This document shows, in pieces, positions 1-10,169 of a stretch of 64,000 nucleotides of DNA. The stretch covers positions 144,371 through 208,370 of the forward strand of contig JAFCCU010000001.1 of NCBI GenBank assembly GCA_017610005.1, in the 5' to 3' direction. The stretch comes from Candidatus Woesearchaeota archaeon (GTDB lineage: Archaea; Nanobdellota; Nanobdellia; Woesearchaeales; B29-G15). Under the pieces are notes generated by a model. That model made no database searches. It saw nothing but the letters and a program-made list of their open reading frames with translations, and was not told where the DNA came from. Each line of letters opens with the position of its first letter. The first letter of the stretch is position 1. The position numbers and the translations under genes were made by a program.

Positions 1-308
1 TTGGGGCATTAAAGATTAGAATGTTTAGACCTTTTCCATTGCAAGAAGTAGCTAAATGGCTTACAGGTAAGAAAAGTGTAGCAGTGCTTGACAGATCAGC
101 TTCATTTGGTTCTGTTGGCCCAGTTTATCATGAAATAAGATCTGCATTATATGAAACAGAAGCTAAACCCAAGGTTGTAAGTTATATTTATGGACTTGGA
201 GGCAGAGACATCAATGTTGAACATATTGAGAAGGTTTTTGAAGAATTAGAAAACGGAACAGCAAAAGCAGAAAATTATCTTGGAGTGAGGGATGAAAATG
301 AACGTTAA
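1..308 (+). CDS. porA: Pyruvate/2-oxoacid:ferredoxin oxidoreductase alpha subunit, C-terminal fragment (gene starts upstream of the window)
   Basis: In-frame ORF runs off the 5' edge. The C-terminal sequence ...[45 protein letters not shown] is typical of the PorA C-terminus. It overlaps the porB start by 17 nt, as in por operons. Confidence 0.6.
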   Translation, partial: GALKIRMFRPFPLQEVAKWLTGKKSVAVLDRSASFGSVGPVYHEIRSALYETEAKPKVVSYIYGLGGRDINVEHIEKVFEELENGTAKAENYLGVRDENER

Positions 309-2319
309 AGAGATTGCTGCAAGAAAAGAAAGATTAGCGCCAGGCCATAGGCTTTGCCCTGGTTGTGCTGCTCCAATGATTGTAAGACAAACATTAAAAG
401 CAATAAAACAAGATGTTGTTATTGCAAACGCCACAGGATGTTTAGAAGTATCAACTACAATTTATCCATATTCTTCATGGCGAGTTCCCTGGATTCATAA
501 TGCATTTGAAAACGCAGCAGTAACAATTTCTGGTGTAGAAACAATGTATCGAGCCTTAAAAAAGAAAGGCAAGATAAAAAAAGATATTAAATTCATTGCT
601 TTTGGTGGAGATGGAGGAACATATGATATTGGCCTGCAAAGTCTTTCAGGGGCTTTAGAGCGAGGTCATGATTTTCTGTATATTTGCTACGATAATGGAG
701 CTTATATGAATTGTCTCAGCCGAGATACTTTTGTTATGACTCAAGATGGTCTAAAAAAAATTACTGATATAAAAACCGGAGACCCAGTTTATGCATTTAA
801 TCAAAAAACCGGAGACCTAGTAATTAAAAAGTGCACAGGAGTTTTTGATAACGGAGTTAAGAAAGTGTACGAATTAAAAACCTTACATCATTCTATCAAG
901 GCAACAGCCAATCATCCTTTCCTTGTTGTAAAAAGGGGAGGAAGAGGAAAAGATGGGAAACTTGAATGGAAAACCGTTGAAAAACTAAAAAATAACGATG
1001 AAGTGGTTGTTTTAAAAAATTCTTTGAAAGGGAAAAGTTTCAAACTGGCTCCAGTAAATATTTCAAAGAAAGGTGACTATAAAGTAAACAGACTTAATTT
1101 AGTTTCTATCCCCAAGAAAACAAGCCCGGATTTAATGGAATTATTGGGGTTATATGTTGGTGATGGATGGATAAGGGAAGAAAAAGGGGAAGTGGGTTTT
1201 GCTTTGCCCAAGGGTGTTAAAGGAAGGAACCGGGCTGAAAGTTTGCTAAAATCAATTTTTAAAGCTAAATTAAGTAATAAGTTTCATGATTATATCTATT
1301 TATACTCAGTCAATGCAGCAAGATTCATTAATTCTTTAGGATTTGGAAAGAATGCTCGCGAAAAACTAATTCCTCCTTGGGTTTTTACATTGCCTGATAA
1401 CGAAAAAGAAGCATTTGTCAAGGGCTTAATGCTTTCTGATGGGTATACCATTGGAAAGAGCCTTAGATATGTTTCTGCAAGTATGGATTTATTAAAAACA
1501 TTAAGACTTTTATTGCAAACTATAAAGTATAGGGTTGGAAAGATCCATCAACAAAAAAAGAAAAAAGGAACATTTGTTGTTTATAGGCAATTACTTGAAG
1601 ACTCAACTTATGGGTACATTTGTTTTAGTAAACCAAAAGGGGCTGATTTAAAGAAATTTAAATCACAAGTAAAACAAAGAAACTTTTTAGCAGGAAATGA
1701 GAATTTTGCAACTGAAAAAATAACTTCTATTGAATATGTAAAAGAAGAACCCACTCTTGATTTAAGGGTTGAAGGTGAACATAATTTTGTTGCAGATGGA
1801 ATTGTAGTTCATAATACTGGAATTCAAAGAAGTTCAGCTACCCCAAGAGGTGCATGGACTAATACAAGTCAAGTAGGAAAAGCTATACAAGGAAAACAGG
1901 AATTTAAAAAAGATTTAACAGCTGTTGTTATTGCGCACCATATTCCTTATGTTGCAACAGCAACCCCTGCAAACTACATTGATTTAATGAAAAAAGTTGA
2001 AAAGGCTATTAACACACCAGGCCCTGCTTTTATGAATATTTTATCACCGTGCCCAAGAGGTTGGAGATTCCCTGCAAATTTAACAATTTCAATGTGTAAG
2101 TTAGCTGTTGAAACAGGCTTTTGGCCATTATTTGAGTATGAAAACGGCAAATACACATTAAACTTTGATCCTACTAAAAAGAAAAAACCAATTTCTGAAT
2201 GGATTGATAGCCAAGGAAGATACAGGCATTTTAAGGGCAATAAGAAGTTTGCAGCCGAAATTCAAGCTGATGTGGATAGAAAGATTGATGAACTTAAATG
2301 GCTAGCCTCCCGTAAATAA
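292..2319 (+). CDS. porB: Pyruvate:ferredoxin oxidoreductase beta subunit (TPP-binding) interrupted by an in-frame intein. The extein is 292..711 plus 1816..2319, about 307 aa.
   Basis: N-terminal PGHRLCPGC motif and the GDGG TPP motif are present. The conserved YDNGAYMN|TGIQRSS motif is split by 368 aa of intein. The C-terminal region is homologous to PorB. Confidence 0.85.
   Translation: MKMNVKEIAARKERLAPGHRLCPGCAAPMIVRQTLKAIKQDVVIANATGCLEVSTTIYPYSSWRVPWIHNAFENAAVTISGVETMYRALKKKGKIKKDIKFIAFGGDGGTYDIGLQSLSGALERGHDFLYICYDNGAYMNCLSRDTFVMTQDGLKKITDIKTGDPVYAFNQKTGDLVIKKCTGVFDNGVKKVYELKTLHHSIKATANHPFLVVKRGGRGKDGKLEWKTVEKLKNNDEVVVLKNSLKGKSFKLAPVNISKKGDYKVNRLNLVSIPKKTSPDLMELLGLYVGDGWIREEKGEVGFALPKGVKGRNRAESLLKSIFKAKLSNKFHDYIYLYSVNAARFINSLGFGKNAREKLIPPWVFTLPDNEKEAFVKGLMLSDGYTIGKSLRYVSASMDLLKTLRLLLQTIKYRVGKIHQQKKKKGTFVVYRQLLEDSTYGYICFSKPKGADLKKFKSQVKQRNFLAGNENFATEKITSIEYVKEEPTLDLRVEGEHNFVADGIVVHNTGIQRSSATPRGAWTNTSQVGKAIQGKQEFKKDLTAVVIAHHIPYVATATPANYIDLMKKVEKAINTPGPAFMNILSPCPRGWRFPANLTISMCKLAVETGFWPLFEYENGKYTLNFDPTKKKKPISEWIDSQGRYRHFKGNKKFAAEIQADVDRKIDELKWLASRK
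712..1815 (+). mobile_element. Intein with a LAGLIDADG homing endonuclease domain, inserted in the TPP-binding motif of PorB
   Basis: It starts with Cys (CLSRDTFV, block A). Block B is [10 protein letters not shown]. Two LAGLIDADG-like motifs are present: [11 protein letters not shown] and [11 protein letters not shown]. Blocks F/G read [20 protein letters not shown] followed by Thr +1. The length is 1104 nt, in frame. Confidence 0.8.
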
Positions 2320-2779
2320 TTTAAACCAGTTTTTTCTCATATTTGTGAAACAAAAGCAAATGCAAAGGGATTAATTTTCTTTTGTATTACGAAATTCTAA
2401 TTGTTAATATAATGTTAAATTATTTTTATGCTTTTGTTGGGCAAGCTTTTGTAATCAAAAATGGTAAAAGGATTTATGAGGAATAAGATTAAATCTAAAA
2501 GTATCCTTTAAATACCATGAATAACATAAAAAATAAATTGCTAGTTATAAGTGAAAAAGGGGGCCTAGGTAAACTACCCTAGCTGTTAATTTAGTATATG
2601 CTTTATCGCAAATGGATTTTAAGGTGGGCATATTAGATGGTTGATATTCATGGCCCTAAAGTTCCAAAAATGCTTCCAAATGATAAATATTGCAAAAAGG
2701 ATTAACTGAATCATGCGATAAAATAAAAGGATTAATAAACTCTGCAATTTAGTATTAAGGTTAGAAATACTCTTATCCC

Positions 2780-3859
2780 TTGTATAAGATGAAAGAGAAA
2801 ATAGCATTGATTTCGGTTTTTGTAAATTTAATTTTAGCAGTTGGAAAAATAGCAGTTGGGCTTTTAGCAAAATCTACCTCTGTTCTAGCTGAAGGAATTC
2901 ATTCAGGAATGGATGTTATCTCCTCGGGAATAAGTTTATTGGGGATAAAAATATCCAAAAAACCAGTAGACAAAAAACACCCTTATGGGTATTATAAATT
3001 TGAAGTTCTATCAGGGCTAATGATAACATTGTTCTTATTTCTTGCAGGGTTATGGATGATTTATGAAGCATATAAAGGAATTATTAATCCCCATTTTATT
3101 TCGATTAGTTATCTTGCTTTGGGAGTGATGTTTTTATCAGTTGTTCTAAATGAAATTATGGCTAGATTAAAAATTTACTATGGAAAAAAAGAAAATTCTT
3201 TAAGTCTTCTTTCCGATGGTGTTCATGACAGGGTTGATGTATATGCGTCGATTGCAGTCTTAATAGGAATATTCGCAATGCCTTTTTGGATTTATACTGA
3301 TTCAGTTCTGGCATTTTTAATAGCATTATATATTATTAAAGAATCTTTTGAGCTAGGAAAAGAAGCAACAAATTCACTTTTGGATGTTTCTGCAGGAGAA
3401 GAAATTGAAAATAAAATAAAATTGATTGCAGAAAAAAATAATATAGAAATAAGTAAATTAAAAACACAAAAGAAAGGTTCTGTAGTTACAGCAAATCTTG
3501 AAATAAAATTACCTAAAGATATAACCGTTAATAAAGCTACAAAAATCTCTGGAAAACTTAAAGCTGAATTAATTAGCCAAATAGATTTACTGGAGTATGT
3601 TGCTATTCAAATTGAAACTCATGAAATGGTAGATATATCATTTGAACCTAAAAGGATAAGTTCTAAAATTAGTTTTAGTAGAGGTTTAAAGTGGCAAAAA
3701 AAAGGAAAGTTTGAGGGCATAATTAGTGAAGCACGGGGTAAAGGCCCAGTGGGCTATTGTGTTTGTCCTAAATGTAAATATAAGCAAGAACATAAAAAAG
3801 GAACCCCTTGCCATGCGATTAAATGCCCAAAGTGTAAAACCATAATGGAAAGGGAATAA
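2780..3859 (+). CDS. Cation diffusion facilitator (CDF) family metal efflux transporter with a C-terminal Cys-rich zinc-ribbon tail
   Basis: Six predicted TM helices. CDF signature around HSGMDVISSG and HPYGYYKFEVLSG. C-terminal CxxC...CPKC motifs (CVCPKCKYK...CHAIKCPKCK). Confidence 0.8.
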   Translation: MYKMKEKIALISVFVNLILAVGKIAVGLLAKSTSVLAEGIHSGMDVISSGISLLGIKISKKPVDKKHPYGYYKFEVLSGLMITLFLFLAGLWMIYEAYKGIINPHFISISYLALGVMFLSVVLNEIMARLKIYYGKKENSLSLLSDGVHDRVDVYASIAVLIGIFAMPFWIYTDSVLAFLIALYIIKESFELGKEATNSLLDVSAGEEIENKIKLIAEKNNIEISKLKTQKKGSVVTANLEIKLPKDITVNKATKISGKLKAELISQIDLLEYVAIQIETHEMVDISFEPKRISSKISFSRGLKWQKKGKFEGIISEARGKGPVGYCVCPKCKYKQEHKKGTPCHAIKCPKCKTIMERE

Positions 3860-3978
3860 AAGATTTTTTAATGATTAAATCTGCGGTTTAGAAAGAACCA
3901 AAAAATAATGGGGAAAAAATTTAAATAGTTCTTTACTAATAGTAGAATAGTAAAAGGCTTTTTATCTTATTAATTAAA

Positions 3979-4430
3979 ATGGAAGAATATAAATTTCAAT
4001 ATTGTCAAAAGATAATTGTTCTATCAATAGGATAAAACCAAGGTGCTTCTTTGTAAAAGGCAGGGAGAAACAGAGCTCAATGAAATTTTTACTTTTATTG
4101 GTGGGAAGATGGAAACCACTGATGATTCTATCCTTCAAGGATTAAAAAGAGAAAAAGATGAAGAAGAATTTTAAGATATCAATTTACCCTACATTCAGTG
4201 TAAACTATCTTTACAGAAAAAAAGATGGAAACTCCTTGATTTTACCTCACTATTTGGCAGTCCATCAAAGTGGAGAAATTACTTTAAATGAAGAATATTC
4301 AGAATATAACTGGGTACAAATAAGTAAGTTAGATGAATTTGAACCAAAAATACCAGAGATCCCCCATATCCTAAAACAAATGCTTAGATTAGAAAAAATT
4401 GCAAAAGTAGAAGAATTTATTTTAATTTAA
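3979..4430 (+). pseudogene. Nudix hydrolase disrupted by two frameshifts. The three frame pieces are 3979-4035, 4031-4177 and 4158-4430.
   Basis: Piece 1 reads MEEYKFQYCQKIIVLSIG. Piece 2 contains a Nudix-box-like FIGGKMETTDDSILQGLKREKDEEE. Piece 3 is the 90-aa ORF with a Nudix C-terminal region. Both breaks lie at A-homopolymers. Confidence 0.45.
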
Positions 4431-4466
4431 GTAAGGTTTAAATAATTCTTTTATTATTTCTATTTT

Positions 4467-5015
4467 ATGCATATATTCCCTCAGGTTGTAAAATTTGTAA
4501 ATGAGTCTTTTGATTCAAATACTGTCCAAATCATTCATTTTGAAAGAACTGTCCATTTTGTAAAGATATTAAATCAAGATGCAGATGAAGCATTTTTAGT
4601 TGCAGCATATTCTCATGATATTGCAAGAGCTTTTACAGAAATTAAACAATTTAAGGGCAGGTTTAAAGACCCAAGCTATCTTAAGGCCCATCAAGATAAA
4701 AGTGCAAAAATTATTGGAGAATTTCTTAAGAAGATTAATGCAATTAATGAATTCATTGAAAGAGTAAAGATGCTTGTATCTAGACATGAAGTAGGAGGAA
4801 ATGAAGATCAGAATATTTTGAAAGATGCTGATAGCTTAAGTTTTTTTGAAAAAAACATTGATTTCTTCGTAACAGTTATGGTGAAAAGAACAAGTAAAGA
4901 TGAAGTTAAAGAGAAATTTGATTGGATGTTTAATAGAATATCTTTAAAAGAAGCTAAAGAAATTGCGAGGCCTTGGTATGAAGAGGCTATAAATCGTCTT
5001 GAATCATTAGAATGA
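4467..5015 (+). CDS. HD-domain phosphohydrolase
   Basis: H...HD motif (AAYSHDIARAF), about 180 aa, helical. Confidence 0.55.
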   Translation: MHIFPQVVKFVNESFDSNTVQIIHFERTVHFVKILNQDADEAFLVAAYSHDIARAFTEIKQFKGRFKDPSYLKAHQDKSAKIIGEFLKKINAINEFIERVKMLVSRHEVGGNEDQNILKDADSLSFFEKNIDFFVTVMVKRTSKDEVKEKFDWMFNRISLKEAKEIARPWYEEAINRLESLE

Positions 5016-5478
5016 TTGAATTAATAACTGCATTAACACTTCTGCCTTTAGTTTCAATTAAAGTTCCGTAATCATTAACAAGACTAAAAACAGCGTTTGT
5101 AGCTTCTTTTCCATAACTTTTACTTCTTAAGGAATCTCTTTTTATACATTCTTGTAAGGAGGTTTTTAGAGTAAATACATAATTTTTGAAATTAATTGAG
5201 GAAGTTAGATGCTCGATTTGCTTTTCATGATAAAAGCAGCCATCAATAATAACTATCTTCCTTGCATTAAGTGCAATTAATATATCTGGAAGGACAATCT
5301 CATCCCCTTTAATGAAATTCTCAAGTGGAATACACTCTGTTTTGATAACATCTAAGTTATTAGCTTTCATTACCTTATCAATAGAAAAGTAGCTTCCATT
5401 TAGCTTCTCCGCTAATTCTTTAGCAATTGTTGTCTTCCCTGATCCCAGCGGTCCCCTGATAATAATAAAAAAGCTCAT
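4987..5478 (-). CDS. P-loop NTPase / small AAA-type kinase
   Basis: Walker A motif IIRGPLGSGKTT at the N-terminus, 163 aa. Its end overlaps the convergent HD gene. Confidence 0.55.
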   Translation of the reverse strand: MSFFIIIRGPLGSGKTTIAKELAEKLNGSYFSIDKVMKANNLDVIKTECIPLENFIKGDEIVLPDILIALNARKIVIIDGCFYHEKQIEHLTSSINFKNYVFTLKTSLQECIKRDSLRSKSYGKEATNAVFSLVNDYGTLIETKGRSVNAVINSIILMIQDDL

Positions 5479-5559
5479 AAATAATTTAAATTTTTTGCCC
5501 TATTAATATTTTTTTTAATCTTCGCAAAATTTAAGTACTAAATATTAATTACATTAAAC

Positions 5560-5880
5560 ATGGCATTCAAAGCATTATTCATTGCACATATACCTGATGC
5601 AGATTATAGAATACATAAAAGTGTAATCGACACAGGGATGTATAAAATGTTTTCTGTAATGGTTAAAAACCAAGAAGAGGCATTACTGGTTGCAAAAGAA
5701 TATTTTGAAAAAGAGGGCATACAAGCAATAAGTTTATGTCCGGGATTTACAAATTCTAATGTTGGGGAAATTTCTTCCTTACTTAATGGCCAAGTTAGCG
5801 TTAATGTTTCAAGAGGAGATGGCCCAAGCAATAAAATTGCAATGGATGCTATGAAAGAAGCAGGATTTTTTGACCATTAA
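5560..5880 (+). CDS. Hypothetical protein
   Basis: 106-aa ORF with ordinary codon usage; no recognisable motif. Confidence 0.35.
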   Translation: MAFKALFIAHIPDADYRIHKSVIDTGMYKMFSVMVKNQEEALLVAKEYFEKEGIQAISLCPGFTNSNVGEISSLLNGQVSVNVSRGDGPSNKIAMDAMKEAGFFDH

Positions 5881-6290
5881 CTTTATAAGTAATGTTGTTA
5901 CTATTAAGTAACTATGATTCAACCTTCTGAACAAAGATTTGGATTGTGTACTCGCCGTAGCTTGGATTGCGCTTACAGCTGATGCAATAATTGTTCCATT
6001 TTTAACAGGAAAAACTCTCCATGAACACATCGGTCTACCCCCAAGTGATTATAAACTCTTAGGGAGTAGAACTGTTCTAATAGCTGAACAGGCTACATGG
6101 GGCGCAGTTACACTTTACCAAACTGCTAGATCTTACTTAAAAACACGGCCAGAGCCTTATCTTATAGCAATCTGTTGAGCTCAACAATTTCTGCTCCATT
6201 AAGGGGGTTCTCGAAATCAAGAATAAAAATCTCTATGATTCTCTCCCTCTTATCAAAAATTTTAAATACTACTTATTTCTCTTTAAACCC

Positions 6291-8357
6291 ATGGCAAAAG
6301 GGGGTAGTTTAGATAGTCTATTTAATCCACGAGCAATTGCAGTGATTGGTGCATCAAATGCCCCTCAGAAAGTTGGAAATAATATTCTTAGAAATTTGCG
6401 AGACTTTGGGTATCGAGGACAGATCTATCCAATAAATCTAAATGAACCTACCATTCTTAATATGAGGGCTTATCCTACTGTGCTTGATGTGCCTGGTCCA
6501 ATTGATCTTGTAATTATTGCAATTCCGGCACAGTTCTCTGTACGTGCTATTGAAGAGTGTGGAATTAAAAAAATTAAGAATGCAATAGTAATTTCTGCAG
6601 GATTTAAAGAAGTGGGGGAAGCAGGATTAGAATTGCAAGATGAACTAATGGCTGCAGCAAGAAAGTACAATGTAAGAATTCTTGGCCCTAATTGTTTAGG
6701 AGTAATTAACCTTCATAATAATATGAATGCTTCATTTTCATCGATTAATCCAAAAAAAGGAAATATTTCATTTATCTCTCAATCAGGTGCATTATGCACC
6801 TCAATTCTATCATTAGCAGTTGAAGAAAATTTTGGGTTCTCAAAATTTATTAGTATTGGCAATAAAATTGACTTAGATGAATGTGATTTATTAGAGTATT
6901 TAGGTGACGACCCTCAAACAGATGTTATTTTAATATATATAGAATCATTAAACAACGGAAGGCGGTTTATGCAAGTTGCAAATAAAGTTGCACATAAAAA
7001 ACCAGTTGTAATGATTAAGGCGGGTGTAACTGAAGCAGGGGCAAAAGCAGTATCCTCGCATACTGGTGCAATGGCAGGCAAAGATCAAATATTTGAAGCA
7101 GCTTTAAGGCAATCTGGAGTTATTAGAGTTTGTTGTCTTGAGGACTTATTTAATGCTGCTGAGTTATTCTCGAAAATGACCAAACTTGATAATAATAATT
7201 TATTAATTGTTACAAATGGTGGTGGAATGGGAGTAATTACTGTTGATACTTGTATGAAACTTGGAATTCCTCTTGCTAAACTTGCAAGCTCTCACGAAGA
7301 AAAAATTAGAAAATTTTTACCAGGCCATGCCATAGTTAATAATCCCGTAGATGTAATTGGAGATGCTGGAGTTGATCGTTTTAAAAAAGTACTTGATATT
7401 GCAATTAAAGATAAAGCTGTTGGAGTAATCTTAGTAATTGTCACTCCTCAAAGTATGACTGATATTGTTGAAACAGCTGAACTTATTATTAAACTCGAAG
7501 GTAAAAAAGAGATAATAACTAATTTTATTGGAAGAGAGCGTAAAATGATTATTGCTCAAGAAATTCTAAATGAATCTGAAGTCCCAAACTATGAATTTCC
7601 TGAAGGTGCAGTAAATGGGATTGAAATGTTAGCCAGATTCAATAAATTTGTAAAAAGAAAAAGTGAAATACCTAAACAGATTATATTTAATAAAGCAATT
7701 GTTAGGCAAATCTTAGATAAAAAGAGAAAGAAACTTTCACTTGAGGAAGGTTTTAGAATATTAAGTGCACTTGGATTAAAAACAGCGCCTCAGATTTTTT
7801 CAAATAATTTAGAGGATCATTTGGATTTTTTAAACCAGCATAATCAAATTATTTTAAAATTGGACTCGCCCTTCGCTCAGCACAAAACTGAAGAGAAATT
7901 AGTTACAAAAAAGATTACTTGTGACCAGGAATTAAAAGCAGAATTTACCAGACTTAGGGAAGCTTGCAAAAACTATAAGGAATCCAAAGTTTGTGCTCAA
8001 AAGTTTATTTTAGGCACTGAACTAATTATTGGGGGTCTTTCAGATAGAACATTTGGAAGCGTAGTAACTTTAGGGATAGGGGGAATTTTAACAGAACTTC
8101 TAAAAGATATTTCATTTAGAGTTCCGCCCATAACAAATAGGGATGTAGATGAAATGATTGATGAATTAAAAACTGGCAAACTTTTAAAGGGTTTTAGAAA
8201 TTTACCAAAGGTAGATATTGATTCATTAAGGATATTTGTGCATGCAATTGGCTCTCTGTTATTAGAAATGCCACAAATTGCCGAAATTGAAATGAATCCG
8301 GTTATTGCAACTAAAGATTCTGCTTATGCAGTAGATATTTTAATTACTCTTGCATAA
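6291..8357 (+). CDS. acd: Acetyl-CoA synthetase (ADP-forming), fused alpha/beta subunits (acetate--CoA ligase [ADP-forming])
   Basis: N-terminal CoA-binding Rossmann region (AIAVIGASNAPQKVGN), succinyl-CoA-synthetase-like flavodoxin domain, C-terminal ATP-grasp domain; 688 aa. Confidence 0.85.
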   Translation: MAKGGSLDSLFNPRAIAVIGASNAPQKVGNNILRNLRDFGYRGQIYPINLNEPTILNMRAYPTVLDVPGPIDLVIIAIPAQFSVRAIEECGIKKIKNAIVISAGFKEVGEAGLELQDELMAAARKYNVRILGPNCLGVINLHNNMNASFSSINPKKGNISFISQSGALCTSILSLAVEENFGFSKFISIGNKIDLDECDLLEYLGDDPQTDVILIYIESLNNGRRFMQVANKVAHKKPVVMIKAGVTEAGAKAVSSHTGAMAGKDQIFEAALRQSGVIRVCCLEDLFNAAELFSKMTKLDNNNLLIVTNGGGMGVITVDTCMKLGIPLAKLASSHEEKIRKFLPGHAIVNNPVDVIGDAGVDRFKKVLDIAIKDKAVGVILVIVTPQSMTDIVETAELIIKLEGKKEIITNFIGRERKMIIAQEILNESEVPNYEFPEGAVNGIEMLARFNKFVKRKSEIPKQIIFNKAIVRQILDKKRKKLSLEEGFRILSALGLKTAPQIFSNNLEDHLDFLNQHNQIILKLDSPFAQHKTEEKLVTKKITCDQELKAEFTRLREACKNYKESKVCAQKFILGTELIIGGLSDRTFGSVVTLGIGGILTELLKDISFRVPPITNRDVDEMIDELKTGKLLKGFRNLPKVDIDSLRIFVHAIGSLLLEMPQIAEIEMNPVIATKDSAYAVDILITLA

Positions 8358-8526
8358 GCTTAAACTGTCCAAATAACTCTTTTTTTATGAATCTAGCGGC
8401 AGGATTATCTCCATTTACACCATGTTTTCTTAATTGCGCCCTGTATATGGCGATAGTATGCTTAGAATACCCTCTAAAGGCAAGTTCTTCTAAAAGTAAT
8501 TTCTCTACCCAGCTCATAAAAAGGCA

Positions 8527-9222
8527 TCACTTACGGCCTTTAAGAACCCTTTTTGCCTTATTCCGGAAGAATTTTAAGGTATTTGGAAATATCCTTTCAT
8601 TAACTTTAGCGTATTTTCTAGTTAATCTGTCAAATAAGAGTGAATCTCCTCCTTTTACATAGAAATATCCTATAGTTGCAACAATTAATGCTCCAATTGT
8701 TGCAACAATAAAATCTTCCATGGTATCAACAATTCCAGATCGTTGCATAATTAAACCAAAAGATTTATCCATGATATATTCGAAAATTTCCCAAATAACG
8801 GCTAAAGCCAAAGAAAAGCAAAAAGAGAATATCGCAACAAATATAGGGGTTAATTTAATATTTTGTTCTTTTGATACTAAATACACAATTAAAAAGCCTA
8901 CAAATGCTATTGCTACTCCTGATAAACTATGAAGCATCAAGTCCCACCACCAAAAAATCTCATAAAAGCCAAACCCTAGCCCTAAAAAGAATCCGGCAAA
9001 AACCAATAAAGTTAATGCTAATTCAAATTCTATGGGTAAATATAAAACTTTTTTCCGTTCTATAAACAATGGCAGTAATGAAACAAACAGGGCAAGAGCA
9101 GAAGAATAAGCAATTGTCCAGTTAAATGTGAATACTGCGTAACATAAAGCAGTAGTTAATATCCCTCTAAGAATAAACGATATTATCAATTGGATATGAT
9201 CTGCTCTATCATCTTCTTGCAT
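8527..9222 (-). CDS. Integral membrane protein (about 6 TM helices), function unknown
   Basis: Hydrophobic segments throughout; FYEIFWWWD and WEIFEY motifs. Confidence 0.5.
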   Translation of the reverse strand: MQEDDRADHIQLIISFILRGILTTALCYAVFTFNWTIAYSSALALFVSLLPLFIERKKVLYLPIEFELALTLLVFAGFFLGLGFGFYEIFWWWDLMLHSLSGVAIAFVGFLIVYLVSKEQNIKLTPIFVAIFSFCFSLALAVIWEIFEYIMDKSFGLIMQRSGIVDTMEDFIVATIGALIVATIGYFYVKGGDSLLFDRLTRKYAKVNERIFPNTLKFFRNKAKRVLKGRK

Positions 9223-9263
9223 ATTCTCTTAAGAATATAATCTATTTATAGATTTTTTGGAAA

Positions 9264-9851
9264 TTATCTAAGAACATAGGTCTTTGTAACAAGTCCTTCT
9301 TCAGGGAAAATTAAAGTTTTATCTTCAAAAACCCTATTGATTCCATCAAATTTTCCAATAGTGTAAGGATAATGCTTTCCTCTTTGGTGAAGGACAAGCG
9401 AGTTTCCAGTAATGATCAAGGCATGTTGTAAGGCTAATGCAGGATTCCTTTGAAAACTATGATATGTTTCAGGATAATAAAGGGCCAGAATTCCAATATC
9501 TTTTACTTCTCCTTCTAAAAAATGTGAATGGAGAATATGTTCAAATGCTTCTCTACCCAGGTAGGGGACATCTCCTTTCCTATTTCTAGATAAAAAGAAG
9601 TCTACCTTGTATTGGAATCCTAATTTGTGGAGATTTTGAAGAGGGATAACTTCTTCTTCGAGGCCAAAGGTCCATGCTGTAAGTCCAAAACAATTGGATG
9701 TTGCTATTTCAAAACTTATAAAATCCCCCCCAGTTAACTCCTGTGCCGAGGGAACGTAAACTCTTCCTTGATCTGGATTTGAAATGGCCCAAGTTACCCT
9801 TTCTTCTATTGGTAATCCAGAAATAAACGTTAAAATCTCCTCTTCGTGCAT
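9264..9851 (-). CDS. Hypothetical protein
   Basis: 195-aa ORF. His-rich patches (HSHF, HQRGKH) could indicate a metal-dependent hydrolase, but no canonical motif order was recognised. Confidence 0.4.
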   Translation of the reverse strand: MHEEEILTFISGLPIEERVTWAISNPDQGRVYVPSAQELTGGDFISFEIATSNCFGLTAWTFGLEEEVIPLQNLHKLGFQYKVDFFLSRNRKGDVPYLGREAFEHILHSHFLEGEVKDIGILALYYPETYHSFQRNPALALQHALIITGNSLVLHQRGKHYPYTIGKFDGINRVFEDKTLIFPEEGLVTKTYVLR

Positions 9852-9922
9852 AAATAAAAGAAATTAATAATCATTAATAAATCAAACTCCATAGAATCAT
9901 TTAGAAAAAAGGAAAAATAGTT

Positions 9923-10066
9923 TTATAATTCTTCTTCGTTATCGTCGTAATCCATATATCCGCGAATAAAGGCAGCTTCAGCAGCAGTACATTCATCATC
10001 TTCTAGCCCTTTTTCAAAACCAGAATAAATATCTTCTAATGTGTCTTCTTGGTATTCAGCTTCCAT
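9923..10066 (-). CDS. Small acidic protein (47 aa), not in the ORF track
   Basis: ATG preceded by GGAGGCGATAAAG. Translation MEAEYQEDTLEDIYSGFEKGLEDDECTAAEAAFIRGYMDYDDNEEEL*. It lies downstream of, and co-oriented with, the 758-aa gene. Confidence 0.35.
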   Translation of the reverse strand: MEAEYQEDTLEDIYSGFEKGLEDDECTAAEAAFIRGYMDYDDNEEEL

Positions 10067-10169
10067 CTTTATCGCCTCCAGGTAGTAACCTAAAAACTTT
10101 TGATGAAAGATACTATATAATAATGAGTTGTCTAGGAATAGACAATAAAGGTAATACTAAGTATTACTT

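Noticed and set aside
5939-6178. 79-aa ORF (and antisense 5809..6030) in the GC-richer intergenic region
   Set aside because: No SD or start context, composition unlike neighbouring genes, overlapping antisense ORF. More likely non-coding or a remnant.
8387-8662. 91-aa plus-strand ORF
   Set aside because: Largely antisense to the well-supported membrane-protein gene 8527..9222; no SD.
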